A stretch of DNA of 64,000 nt from Octopus sinensis (GCF_006345805.1 NC_043009.1:1860001-1924000), one strand, 5' to 3'; positions 12,173-25,857 are shown, counted from the first letter of the stretch. Notes: generated by a model not told the origin, from the letters alone. Numbers and translations are program-made.

Positions 12173-12831
12173 GTATATCATACATGTATGTATACATAAT
12201 AGTATGCATGCATACATACATACATAAATAAATAGATATGTACATATATTTATACATACAGATATATGGACATCTATCTATCTATCTATATACCTATCTG
12301 TATATATATATATATATAGTATATATATATACATATACAGTAAATGTATTACAAGTGTAGCTCGATTAACACACACGCACAAACAAATACACACACACAC
12401 ACAGAGAAACAAACACGCATATATACATATGAACATATATGATTTCTAAATACACATTATGGACATTCTTATGCACATTATATATATATAATGATTTATA
12501 TATACATAGCATGTTTGTTTATATGTATCTATCTATACCACACAGACATACAAAGATTCATGCTCGCTTACAGATGTGACCATATATTTACATAATAATG
12601 TATATCTATCAATCTATCTATCTATCTGTCTGTTTGTCTGTCTGTCTTTCTTCTGCCTGTCTGTCTGTCTACCTAGGTACATAGCTATATAATTATAATA
12701 TATGTAATATACGTAAGATATATGAAACATAATTATAAATACATATATATGTATAAATAAACATATATGTATATATATATATATGAATGTATGCGTATCT
12801 ATCTCTCTATCTCTCTATCTATCTCTATCTG

Positions 12832-12871
<40 letters not shown>

Positions 12872-12920
12872 TATCCATATGCAGTGGTGTATTTCATGTT
12901 GTGTATCTGTGATCTCCAAG

Positions 12921-13020
12921 CAGCAGCATCTCCGAAATTGTTCTCGAAGCGAGAGAAATACTTATTTCGTCAAACATCGCTCTTCTTCGCCTCATCCCAA
13001 AACCTTATGTCAAGTGTGAG
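12921..13020 (+). CDS. Candidate exon, product unknown
   Basis: Open frame SSISEIVLEAREILISSNIALLRLIPKPYVKCE; ag| acceptor and GAG|gtaaac donor. Confidence 0.25.
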
Positions 13021-13482
13021 GTAAACGAACATCACAAATATCACATGATTAGCTGTCACCCAGAAGTCAGTTATGATTGGCCATTCAAGTAGAAGCCACT
13101 GGGGTGACGAACCGCTGCGTAGACAGAATCCACTCAGTACTTGTCTGAAGTAGGTTTTCTGCCTCATGTTTTTTTCTATTCTCTCTGTTTTTTATTCTTC
13201 CTTCACTCGAGAATGAATATTCGATCTCGGTATTTTAAATGCCAAAATACTCTTCATGTGAATGGAAATCATATACCACAATGGAATGAGGTTTCCATAA
13301 CAGAAAATATAAACATGAAAATAAAAATTCTATGTGGAAGGCTCACAGAAAAAAAAAAACCTTGTGACACAATATATAACACTCACTGAGAACCAAGGAA
13401 ACTGAATCCCTGTGTAGACGTCAGTACAATACGGTCGCAATTAACGAGATGTATTTAAATATTTTCCAAATTTGACAAGCAG

Positions 13483-13647
13483 ATGCCCTACGGGTCGTTG
13501 GATGAGATCGTCGGAGTGAATATTGGAGGAGAAACAACGGTTGACAAACAGGCAATAAATATATCAATGTGTAGAAAATGGACACCCGAATACTTTGGAT
13601 CGGGTGCGAATACGAAACTAAAGTTTCTAGAGGCAAGAGAACAGTAA
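13483..13647 (+). CDS. Candidate terminal exon, product unknown
   Basis: ttttccaaatttgacaagcag|ATG; MPYGSLDEIVGVNIGGETTVDKQAINISMCRKWTPEYFGSGANTKLKFLEAREQ*. First codon positions are purine-rich, and it is in phase with 12921-13020. Confidence 0.3.
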   Translation: MPYGSLDEIVGVNIGGETTVDKQAINISMCRKWTPEYFGSGANTKLKFLEAREQ

Positions 13648-14139
13648 AAGCTCCTATCGTATTGATTCTTAAGTCGTAAACATCCGAGGAAACAATGTTA
13701 AGGCGACTGCAGCAGATGATAAAATAAATAGAAAAAATATTACTAAATTATGTAACGCAGTTAATTTTGTGCTGTTAGCTTACAGTTTTCTAGTTTATGA
13801 TAATAATGATTTGTTACTTTAGCATAGGATTTCGTATTTGCAAAATAAAACCTCTGACAAGCAAACTTCTCCAAGAGCTTTTTCGATCCTCCGTTGACCT
13901 TTACAAAGGTGTCAACTTATGACATCACATTTTTTTTCTTTCTGTCCCCTAAAATACTCCGAGATTTGTTGTTGCTTACATGAAACCAACATTTATCTTC
14001 ATAGGATTATTTGCAGGTGACAAATATACCAGATTACATAAAAAATAAAAGAACTGGTAAAGCTAAGTTTAAATGTAGCAGGAACTTGATGTAAAATATA
14101 TATATATATTATATATATATATATATCTATATATATGTG

Positions 14140-14184
<45 letters not shown>

Positions 14185-14196
14185 ATTATAATATAT

Positions 14197-14241
<45 letters not shown>

Positions 14242-14554
14242 TATAATATATATATATATTATATTATATATATATATAATATATAATTATATATTATATA
14301 TATAATGACGTAAACTAAAGCTGAACGATATTTAATCATTCTGATCTATCGCTTCTCAACCTTTTTCCCTTCATGGCACCATGGGATGAAGTAAAAGATG
14401 ATTGGTGCTATTTTCAAGGAATGTTAAGAATCAGTGACGCACTTCACATAAAAATAGTTTAGAAATTAGTGTTTTAAAGTTAAAAATTAAAAAGAAACAA
14501 AAGATTATTGCTCATCTCGTTATATTGGCCATGTTTTTGTTTAAATATTTCAGA

Positions 14555-15194
14555 GCTGTGTGGTAAGTAGCTTGCTTAGCAACCACATGGTTCTGGGTTC
14601 AGTCCCACTGCTTGGCAACTTGGGCAAGTGTCTTCTTATTTCTTTATTGCCCACAGGGGGCTAAACACAGAAGGGACAAACAAGGATAGACAAACGGATT
14701 AAGTTGATTACATCGACTCCAGGGCGTAACTGGTACTTAATTTATCGACCCCGAAAGGATGAAAGGCAAAGTCGATCTGGGCGGTATTTGAACTCAGAAC
14801 GTTACGGCAGACGAAATAAAGTTACGCATTTCGCTCGGCGTGCTAACGTTCCTGCCAGCTCGCCTTGGGCAAGTGTCTTCTACTATCCTCGGGCCGACCA
14901 AAGCCTTGTGAGTGGATTTGGTAGACGGAAACTGAAAGAAGCCCGCCGCATATATATATATATATGTATATATATGTGCGTGTGCGTGCGTGTGTGTGTG
15001 TATGAATTTTTGTGTGTCTTTATTCCCTCATCATCGCTTGACAATCGATGTTGGTGTTTTTACGTCCCCGTAACTTAGCGCTTCGGCAAAAGGGAACGAT
15101 AGGATAAGTACTAGGCTTATAAAGAATAAGTTTTGTTCGACTAAAGGTGGTGCTCCAGCATAGCCGCAGTCAAATGACTGAAACGAGTAAAAGA
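14555..15194 (+). mobile_element. SINE B interrupted by a SINE A insertion
   Basis: The B head and body are separated by an antisense A copy; duplicated CTTGGGCAAGTGTCTTCT at 14619-14636 and 14864-14881. Confidence 0.85.
14637..14863 (-). mobile_element. SINE A nested in SINE B
   Basis: Reverse complement of the family A consensus, flanked by a 17-18-bp TSD. Confidence 0.85.
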
Positions 15195-15712
15195 ATATCA
15201 CAATTTTCAAGCGTTGAATCACATTTTTAAAACTGTCTGTGGTTCGTCTTTGACCCTTCCGGCGCAGTGTTTAGGGGATCACTGCTCAAAACTTCCGTTC
15301 CTGATATTCTACACTCTACTAACGCACAGATGTAGGAATGTAACGAATGTATGTGCGTACGTATGTACGTATATATGTAATTATGTATGTATGTAATTAT
15401 GTATGTATGTATGTATGTATGTATGTATGTATGTATGTGTGTATGTATGTATGCATGTATGTATGTATGCGCATTTGCATATATCGTAGGGTGCTGTACT
15501 CATGATCATAAGATTGTGGTTTCGATTCCTGAACTGGGCAATGTGTTGTGTTCTTGAGTAAATACTTCATTTCACCTTACTGCAGTCCACCTAGCTGACA
15601 AAAATAAGTAATCCTGCAACGGACTAGCGTCCTGTCCAGGGGTTGTAAATATACACCACAGAATCCAGCCTTGTGTGCATATTGCTCGGGAAGGACGTTT
15701 GGTAATCTTTTT

Positions 15713-15808
<96 letters not shown>

Positions 15809-16444
15809 GCTAGCTATCTAGCTAGCTAGCTAACTAGCTATTTGATTTAACCTCGACTTGAAAACTATGCAAAATTAATAAAGCGTATGTAAATAACAAA
15901 TGGACGAAGGTATATATTTCAGGAACGAGAATGTTCTAGTAATTATTTGACTAATACTTATTGAATTACTGCGGAACTCCCTGAAAATGTTTTGTACACT
16001 ACTTTTGAATTCATTATTATTCAAGCATTTGAAAAATCAATGTTTATGTCAATCGATGTTGGACATTTTTGGAATCAAACCTAAACTTTTGACAAGCCAA
16101 CTTCTCCAAGTGGTTTCGATTCTCTGTTGACCTTTACAAAGGTGTCAACTTATGACATTTCATTCCCCCTCTCTCCTCAAAATATGCAGAAAATTGCCAT
16201 CACTCGAATGATGCTGATATATATTTTACGGACTTAGCAAAAACATTAGCTTATACACTCAACAAGCAGTGTAATAAAGATTTAGAAAGCAGTATAGAAT
16301 AGTTCCTTTAACTTCTTCCGCAAAACACATGGGGATAGTATCAAGGAAATGCTATATTATTCTTAACCATTAGGTACATATATAAAACTGCGCGTTAAAT
16401 GGGTTTGCACAAGTCTGTCGATCTTTGAGTCACCGATGGAGCTT

Positions 16445-16780
16445 CTACCTTGGGCAAGTGTCTTCTGCTATAGCCTCGAGCCGACCAAAGCCATGTGAAT
16501 GGATTTGGTAGACGGAAACTGAAAGAAGCATGTTGTATATGTGTGTATATATATATGTATGTGTGTGTATATGTTTGTGTGTCTGTGTCTGTCCCCCTAG
16601 CATTGCTTGACAACCGATGTTGGTGTATTTACGTCCCTGTAACTTAGCGGTTCGGCAAAAGAGACCGATAGAATAAGTACTAGGCTTCCAAAGAATAAGA
16701 CCTGGGGTCGATTTGCTCAGCTAAAGGCGGTGCTGCAGTATGGCCGCAGTTAAATGAATGAAACAAAAGAGAAGAGAGAG
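16445..16780 (+). mobile_element. SINE B, 5'-truncated
   Basis: Matches the B body and tail. Confidence 0.85.
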
Positions 16781-16822
16781 TACACACATACATATATACA
16801 GCATACATACATATATACATAT

Positions 16823-16858
<36 letters not shown>

Positions 16859-16865
16859 ATATATA

Positions 16866-16905
<40 letters not shown>

Positions 16906-17053
16906 TCTACATATATATCTAATGTAGAATAATCTTCGAAAAAATTTTTATCAATGGCCAGCATATTAAAAAAATACCTTTAAAAGTTAAATTTATAAAC
17001 ATTGTTTATAAAATGTTTATACATACATACATACATATATAATATATTTATAT

Positions 17054-17118
<65 letters not shown>

Positions 17119-17193
17119 GAGTTAATCCAAACATGAAAACACAAAGAGAAAACAACAACGCGAGTATATTATTATTATTGGACGCATATATAT

Positions 17194-17266
<73 letters not shown>

Positions 17267-17270
17267 ATGT

Positions 17271-17456
17271 TATAATTTAGAAAAAATGTCATTGTAGTAC
17301 TCGGAGCTTCGAAAGTCGGAGCGAAGATCTACGATGTATTCTCGCCAGCTATTAATCGCATTAATAGCCGACCAGAATGCATCGTAGGTCTTCGCTCTGA
17401 CATTCGAAACTCCGAGTACTACAATGACAGCTTCTTACCGTTCGTTCTAAATTATA
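17271..17456. mobile_element. Palindromic foldback/MITE-like element
   Basis: 56-bp arms (17287-17342 and 17374-17429) with 5 mismatches, an inner 9-bp stem, and an outer 12-bp IR TATAATTTAGAA/TTCTAAATTATA. Confidence 0.7.
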
Positions 17457-17489
17457 CATATATAAATCATTCTCTATTTATGTATATAC

Positions 17490-17635
17490 TCTTTTACTCA
17501 TTTACTTGTTTCAGTCATTTGACTGCAGCCATGCTGGAACATTTCCTTTTAGTCGAACGAATCGATCTCTGGACTTATTCTTTGTAAGCCTAATATTTTT
17601 CTATCTGTCTGTTTTGCCAAACTGCTAAGTTACGG
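17490..17635 (-). mobile_element. SINE B tail fragment
   Basis: Matches the reverse complement of the B 3' end. Confidence 0.8.
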
Positions 17636-17636
17636 T

Positions 17637-17905
17637 CGATCCAACCCGAGATCCGTGATACCGGGTGTCTCACCATCAACTATGCCTCCTCCTCCTGCGA
17701 AAATACCCGTAGGGTCACTCTCAACGAGAATAGGCGCAGAAGGGAAACCCACAACAACTCGTCGTCAAATTCTGACGAGACCTTCAACTGCTGTCACTGC
17801 AGCCGTGTCTACCTGTCCCACTTTGGACTTATCAGCCACGAGAGTATCTGCAGTCAACGTGGTGCAGCCTTTTCCTAATCATCTTTGTTCTCGCAGCCAA
17901 GCCAC
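17637..17905 (+). mobile_element. RTE-like LINE 3' end with C-terminal zinc-finger-like motif
   Basis: TINYASSSCENTRRVTLNENRRRRETHNNSSSNSDETFNCCHCSRVYLSHFGLISHESICSQRGAAFS* (stop 17876-17878) fits the FxCxxCxRxCxSxIGLxSHxRxC pattern. Confidence 0.75.
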
Positions 17906-19442
17906 GTCTAAACAGAACAGGAGGATAGACGTGGGTGGAAGCGTCGCTGAGGAGGGCACAGATGAGTGACGAAAGGTTTCCAGATAATGGGCATAACATA
18001 AAATAAGAACAATGATAAACGAGTGAAGAACGAATATAAAGTGCTTGGGTTTATTTGGCAAGAAAAAAAGAGGAAAAATGACTCATAATAATAACTGTGT
18101 CAACACGTGATTTTACATAAGGAATCTTGGCAACATAAATAAACGTACACACACACACACATAGACACACATATATATGGTGTGTATGTATATATATACA
18201 TATATATATGTATATTTATATATACACACACATATATGTATATATATATATATATACATATATGTGTGAGTATATATATATAAATATACATATATATATA
18301 TATATAATATATATATATAATATATATATATATTATATATATGTACGTGTGTGTGTGTCGTATATATATATATAAATGCATGTATGTATATATATACATA
18401 TATTGAGAGAGAGAGAGAGAAAGAGAGAGAAAGAGAGAGAGATTGTAAGCGTGAAGGCCAGAGTGAAAGACGTAAAGATATGACACAAATGGGAAAGCAA
18501 AATTCTGTAGTAGAATTGAACTCAACATGTTTAGATTACGAGTCCAATTCCGTACCTACTTGACCATTTTGCTACCAAGGTCAGCGCTCTAATCAGTTTA
18601 ATTCGGTTGTTATTCTCCTGAATCTAGTAAATTTGCGCCGAGCATTTTTGACTCTGAATAAGCGAAGCGTTCTTTCTCACCAAATAAAAGAAACAACAAT
18701 ACATGCAACAAAACAACAACAAAAAAGGTGGGGAGCAAAAAAAAAACAACACAAAAGGAAACAAAAACCGAAGCACAAATAAGAATCAATATGGCGGTGT
18801 TCCAGCATAGCCACAACCCAACGAGAAAACGTGTAAACAGTTAAATGAAATGAACGACGCCATGTTTAACATTGATGAAGGCAATTAAAGTGTAACATTT
18901 GCAGTGGAAGATACACCATAACTTTAGTTGTTATTTCATTTAGCTATTCGTCATTCGTCATTTTTCCTTCTTCCTTCGCCATTTTGTCTTCTTGTTTTTT
19001 GTTAAATATTTTTCTTTATATATTTGCCATTTTTGTTTTAAATTTTGATTTGTTTGTTTTTGACAATTTCCATCGCATTATAAATTTTGATAGAATTTTC
19101 ATAACATTCCAAATGAATTTAAATTTATGATTAGCAAGCCAACATGTAACAGATCTTAATTCTTAATCTAATTTTAGCTGAGAAATAAGACTTTGTGTAA
19201 TATCACACGCCTTTCTTTACGTTCTTTCTTCCTTTCTGTCTTTCCTTCTTTCTTGCTTTCTTTCTTTCTTTCTTTCTTTCTTCATTTCTTTCTTTCTTTA
19301 TTTATTTCGCACTCGTTTCAGTGTTAAAATGTTATCTAGAGGAGCAAATTCCGAACATAACTAAAGGTCTCCGCGGAAAAATAAGCATCAAAATAACAAA
19401 AGCAAATATAAAACAACTACAACAAAAAATAACAACAAAAAC

Positions 19443-19488
<46 letters not shown>

Positions 19489-19581
19489 TAATAATAATAA
19501 TAATAATAATAATAATTATTATTATTATTATTATTCTTGTTATTATTATTATAATCGTTAGTAGTAGTTGTAGTAGTAATC

Positions 19582-19632
<51 letters not shown>

Positions 19633-20109
19633 AGTGACAATGGTAACGAATGATAATACTAGAAAACAACAATAATTATTTGATAATGATAATAACGAGG
19701 GAGATGAAAAAACACGCCGTTAGAGCTGTTCATGATTCCTGATGATGATGATGATGATGATGATGATGACGACGATGATGACGATGACAATGGTGATGCT
19801 GATGAGGATAAGTGAATGCAGTTAGGTTAGCTATTATAGAAAATCTGTCCAGAGTATAATTTTCTGCTTATACGAAGCTTTTCTAAACGGGATACAAAAA
19901 TGTAATTTCCATATTTGAAACATGTTTTCATTGTTTTGCTGAAAATTGTTAGAAAAACTTGGTGGAGAATGATAACGGTTTCACCTAAAGTCAGCCATTA
20001 ACGTGAAATGAGCTTTAATTCTCTATTAAAGATGGATTTAACAATCATTAGAGATCTGTTGAGAAGAAATGGAGAAACTCGTGTACGTGCGTGTGTGTGT
20101 GTGCTTCTG

Positions 20110-20126
20110 TATTCGTGTGTATGCGA

Positions 20127-20163
<37 letters not shown>

Positions 20164-20930
20164 TGTGTGTGTGTGAGGAAAGGAAAGAAATAGAAATTGA
20201 AAGATATCAGAAGAGAGAGAAGAGAGAGAGAAGCGAGAAAAAGAGGAGAGAAACAAGCGAGAGAGAGAAGGGAGATAGGAGAGAGAGAGAGAGTAAAGAG
20301 GGAGAAAGGAGAAAGAGAGGAAAGGGAGGAGAAGGAGGAGAGAGAGAAGGCAAAAGAGATGAGAGAGAAGGCAAAAGAGGGGAGAGAGAGAACAGAGAGA
20401 ACAGAGAGAAGGCAAAAGGGAGAAGAGAGAGATGGGAGGAGAGAGAGAAGAAAGAGAGAAGGCAAAAGGGAGGAGAGAGAGAAGAGAGAGAGAAGGCAAA
20501 ATAGAAGAGAGAGTGGAGAGAGAGAGAAGACAGAGAGAAGGCAAAAGGGAGGAGAGAGAGAGAAGAGAGAGAGAAGAGAGAGAGAACGCAAAAGAGAGGA
20601 GAGAGAGAAAAAGAGTGGGAAGAGAATAGAAAAGTAGAGTGTGAGAGAAAGAGAGAGAGGGAGAAAGACATAGAGTGCGCACGAGAGAGAGAGAGAGAGA
20701 GGTAGAAAAGTAGGGTGCGGGAGATACAAACAGAAAGAGATAGGGAGAAAGAGAAATGAGAGCTGTAGAGATAGATAGAGAGGGGTAGGGGAGAGAGATA
20801 GAGAGAGAGAGAGAGAGGGAGAGATTGAGAAACTATAGAAGTTAGAGAGTAGGGAAAATTAAACACTATTTTCCTCTGTCACACACACATACACACACAT
20901 AGGCACACACACACACAAACACATGCTGTA
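20110..20930. repeat. (TG)n and degenerate (GA)-rich low-complexity tract
   Basis: Directly visible; source of the R/E- and S/L-rich ORFs. Confidence 0.9.
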
Positions 20931-21989
20931 AAGAGGGGGGGGCGACAAGTTTAAGATAAATGAAAGGAAAGAAGAGAGAGAAGAGAGAAAAAGAAACAAT
21001 GAATGAAGAGAAAGAAAATTCTAGCAAAAGATTATAGGGGGAAGGTGTGAAGGATCGAACTCCGAGCAGACAGGGAACGAATCGTCGTCTGTTGTACAAA
21101 CACTTGTTACTTGTATTGCGTACTCTTTCTCTCGTTTGCGAATCTCGTAAGCATTAAAAAAATAATAATGAAGTACATAGGCAGAGGAGTGGTTGTGTGG
21201 TAAGAGATTTTGGTTTATAGGTTTATTGCTTATATACTTTTTACACATAATTTTTCTGTATTCTATCTTCCACCCTGCATTTTTCCCTATGCGTATATAG
21301 ACGTGTATATGGAAACTTTTTGTGCGCGCGTGTGAATGTGCGCGTGTGTGCGGGTATGTGCGTATATAGAAGTCTGCGTGTGTGCGTGCACGCGAGTACG
21401 TGCATACATGGACGTATTTTACTCAGTGTGTTTTACACATTTTCCTGTATTTTTGCTCTTAGCCCTGTTTTTTTATCTTATAGACGTATGTATGATCCTT
21501 TTTGTGCGTGCATGGGTGTGTGCGTATTTTGACGTGTGCGGGTATGTGCGTATATAGACGTGTGCGTGTGCGTGCATAAGGGTACGTGCGTATATAGACG
21601 TGGTTTACTCTTTGTATACACCCTTGTGCCATTTTTCTGTATTATTACCCTTAACGCTGTTATTTTTCTTGTGCTTGTCCGTATATAGATGTGTGTATGA
21701 ACCTTTATGGTGTGCGCGTGTGTGTGCGCGTTTGTATGTATGTATATACATATACATTTGGCGAAAAATGAGAGTGAGGATGTGTGCGTTTTCAAATGAG
21801 GGTGGAGGAATGTATACTTTAGGCGTACGCACGTGTGTAGGTATGAACAGGTGCGCTTACGCGAATACTATGAACTTTTTTACCCCCTTAGCGGTCATTC
21901 GAATAGCTATTTTATCTTAATAACGGTCAATCACACAGTAATTTCCTTTTGTATAACAGTCATTTTTTATAGCATTTTTCCGATGGTCG

Positions 21990-22050
21990 GATAACTGAAG
22001 AGATGGCGGCGTGGATTTCCACCTCGGTATCCGAAACTCGGAGTTTTATC
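21990..22050 (+). ncRNA. Type I hammerhead-like motif with long stem II
   Basis: GAUAA-CUGAAGA-[stem II with GUGGA/UCCAC]-GAAA-CUCGGAG-UU-UUAUC. Perfect 5-bp stem I and GUU site; stem II base is imperfect. Confidence 0.55.
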
Positions 22051-23179
22051 ATGGCTACCGAATACATAATATCGAGGTCTCTTTCTTTCTTTCTTTTGTT
22101 GTCTTACCATTTTTATCAATATATATATATATATATATATATGTATGCATACAGATATATATTATATTTAATATATTACATAGGATATACATAACTATAT
22201 ATTATATCTAATATATTATATGTGGGTGTGTTGTATATACTTTATGTATATGTGCATACATGTACGGGTACCTACGTGTGCATATATGCATGTATACATG
22301 AAACCATGACGTGTACAAGGATCAGTGAGAATAAAAACGATGATTTGCATATTCGTTCTTTTTATACTCCGGGAGATTAGAACGCGGATATGTCAATCAC
22401 TGTTGTGTTTCTCCTTTGCGCGTTCATTAGCATAATGGACTCTGGGACAACCAGTGTATCGACTTCAATGTGTCCGGTCAACCAGACGCAACCGAGACTG
22501 ATGAAGCTAACAAGTATCGAGCCCCTTTCCTGATAACTTCAAGGAACGTATTACAAATAAATATGGAAGTCATCTCACTGCTCACCATGAAAACAAACGA
22601 TTTGTTATCGGTTGGCATATATCAAATCGAATCAGCCAGCATTTGTTAAGCAAAGGTTTTGTAATGAATAACTCGTCGTTTAGACACATCAACGAACGCG
22701 TTGTATGGAAGTGGTTAGCTCTATTTATGTGGATTTTGGCCAATATTAGAAATAAATATTCTGAATTGGAAGAATCGATATAGCTGCGGACAGAAATGCC
22801 CTGTAGGATTTATTCTGCGCATTAAGTTTGGCTTCTGCCAAATTCCACTCTCACCGAGTTCAACATTGCCTTCCGTCGTTTTTTTTCTTTCTTTCTAGAA
22901 GAAATTGGCTGGATTTAAAACTGGAGAGGTATCGGTCTCGCCTGGTTTAGAATGCCGAAGACATACCTTGTACCATGATGGTGTTCCCATGCTACAATAA
23001 GGAGCCCAGGGTTCAAAGATGGCAGGTTGTCATATTTTTCTAACCAAATTCCACTTGGCCACACTGTGGGTTTTCATTTTTGTGACGTTGGATAAAATAG
23101 GGGTTTGTTGTGTACTGCTGGCGAGTTTTCCTCTAGAAACCCAGCTCTAACTAAATCTGAAATATTGTGTACATTGTTA

Positions 23180-23275
23180 GGCATATAGCCTAGTGGTTAA
23201 GAGCGCGGGCTACTAACCCCAAGATTCCGAGTTCGATTCCAGGTTGTGATCTGAATAATAATAATAATAATAATG
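23180..23275 (+). mobile_element. Short tRNA-derived SINE monomer with (AAT)n tail
   Basis: A and B boxes are present, but the anticodon and T stems are broken. Confidence 0.65.
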
Positions 23276-23888
23276 TGTCTATGACGAATATCATTATTCT
23301 TTTACATTGTTGATAAAGCTACTGTTAGAGTTACAGAGTTTTAAGGGAGACGAAACAAAAGAAGTGGGTGTACATGCGTGCGTGTGTGTGTGTGTGTGTG
23401 TACGTGTATGTGTGCGTGTGTGCTTGTATGTTTGTGTGAGAGAGATGCAGAGAAAGAAAGAAAGAAAATGAGAATGTGTCAGAATGAGGGATGAGGAAAG
23501 AAAAGGCAGCAGCAAGACAAGAAAAGGATGTGAGTCGTAATAATGGAGAGAAACTGTAAGTAGAGCTGGAGAAGATCGTGGGAGATATAGAGAGAGTGAA
23601 CGGAGGAGAGAGAGAGAGAGTGAACGGAGGAGAGAGAGAGAGAGAGGGGGAAAGAGAGAGAGAGAGGGGAGAGGAAGAGAGAGAGGGTGATAAGGAGAGG
23701 GTGAGAGAGAATATAAAGATAAAGATGAAGCGAGAAGAGACAAAGGAGAGAGAGAAAAAGAGATAGAGAAAAAGATAGATAGAGAGAGCGGGGGAGAGAG
23801 AGAAAAGGAGAGAGAGAGAGGGAGGGAGAAATAGATGGCAGATATACGACTCAGGAAAGCGGGAGAGACAGATAGATAGAGATAGATA

Positions 23889-24365
23889 GGCTGTGTGGCA
23901 TGTAGCTTGCTTACCAACCACATGGTTTCGGGTTCAGTCCCACTGCGTGGCATCTTGGGCGAGTGTCTTCTGCTATAGCCCCGGGCCGACCAAAGCCTTG
24001 TGAGTGGATTTGGTAGACGGAAACTGAAAGAAGCCCGTCATGTATATATGTACGTATATATATATATATATATAATATATATATATATATAATATATATA
24101 TATATATGTGTGTGTGTGTATGTGTGTGTGTGTGTGTGTGTGTATATGCTAGTGTGTCTGTGTTTGTCCTCCCACCATCGCTTGACAACCGATGCTGCTG
24201 TGTTTAGGTCCCCGTAACCTAGCGGTTCGGCAAGAGACCGATAGAATAAGTACTAGGCTTACAAAGAATAGTCCTGGGGTCGATTTGCTCGACTAAAGGC
24301 GGTGCTCCAGCATGGCCACAGTCAAATGACTGAAACAAGTAAAAGAGTAAAGGAGTAAAAGAGAG
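23889..24365 (+). mobile_element. SINE B, near full length
   Basis: Head, CORE-like segment, internal TA/TG tract and tail. Confidence 0.9.
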
Positions 24366-24418
24366 ACGAAACATGAGATAATGAGAGAGAAAGAGACACG
24401 AAACAAAGAGATAGATAG

Positions 24419-24477
<59 letters not shown>

Positions 24478-24830
24478 GAAAGAGACGAAGAGTGTGTAGG
24501 ATAGATGAGAGGAGAGAAGGGACAGAGAATGAGGGGATAAGTGGGAGGAGAGAATTAAACAAGAGGGAGAGAGGAAGTGGAAAAGGGGAACACAAGGAAA
24601 ACAATGCGAAAGCAAATCTATATGTGTGCGTGTGTGCGTGTGTGTGTGTGTGCGTGTGTGTGTGCGAGGTGTTGACGGTGGCGGTGAATGAGTGAGAAAA
24701 AGAGAAAGTGTGGAAGAAAGGGTGAGAGAGAAAGCGAAGTGGAGAAGGAATATGAGGTTGGTGGAATAAGAAACATTGCAAGAGATACGCCGCGAAGGGG
24801 AAAGTACGAAAGACTGAAAGAGCAAGCTTG

Positions 24831-24911
<81 letters not shown>

Positions 24912-25001
24912 TAGAGAGATAGATAGAGGTAGATAGATAGATAGATACGTAAAAAGGCTGGTAGATAGATAGCTCAATAAATAGACAGATAGATAGATAG
25001 A

Positions 25002-25055
<54 letters not shown>

Positions 25056-25378
25056 TATGTGTTGTGTGTATGTGTTGTGTGTGTGTGTGTGTGTATATGC
25101 TAGTGTGTCTGTGTTTGTCCTCCCACCATCGCTTGACAACCGATGCTGCTGTGTTTAGGTCCCCGTAACCTAGCGGTTCGGCAAAAGAGACCGATAGAAT
25201 AAGTACTAGGCTTACAAAGAATAAGTCCTGGGGTCGATTTGCTCGACTAAAGGCGGTGCTCCAGCATGGCCACAGTCAAATGACTGAAACAAGTAAAAGA
25301 GTAAAGGAGTAAAAGAGAGACGAAACATGAGATAATGAGAGAGAAAGAGACACGAAACAAAGAGATAGATAGATACAG

Positions 25379-25429
<51 letters not shown>

Positions 25430-25776
25430 GAAAGAGACGAAGAGTGTGTAGGATATGAGAGGAGAGAAGGACAGAGAATGAGGGGATAAGTGGGAGGAGA
25501 GAATTAAACAAGAGGGAGAGAGGAAGTGGAAAAGGGGAACACAAGGAAAACAATGCGAAAGCAAATCTATATGTGTGCGTGTGTGCGTGTGTGGTGTGTG
25601 CGTGTGTGTGTGCGAGGTGTTGACGTGGCGGTGAATGAGTGAGAAAAAGAGAAAGTGTGGAAGAAAGGGTGAGAGAGAAGCGAAGTGGAGAAGGAATATG
25701 AGGTTGGTGGAATAAGAAACATTGCAAGAGATACGCCGCGAAGGGGAAAGTACGAAAGACTGAAAGAGCAAGCTTG

Positions 25777-25857
<81 letters not shown>

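Noticed and set aside
19998-20866. Long S/L- and R/E-rich ORFs
   Set aside because: Translations of GA-rich low-complexity DNA; the same applies to the other poly-I/Y/C/V/H ORFs in the track.
21973-22073. Exon HFSDGRITEEMAAWISTSVSETRSFIMATEYIISR
   Set aside because: Weak donor, and the segment is better explained by the hammerhead fold.
22431-22513. Exon HNGLWDNQCIDFNVSGQPDATETDEANK
   Set aside because: Good acceptor but weak donor (AA|gtatcg), no recognisable homology and no partner exon; not supportable without reads.
23180-23253. tRNA gene
   Set aside because: A and B boxes are present, but the acceptor, anticodon and T stems do not pair and it ends in (AAT)n, so it is a SINE.
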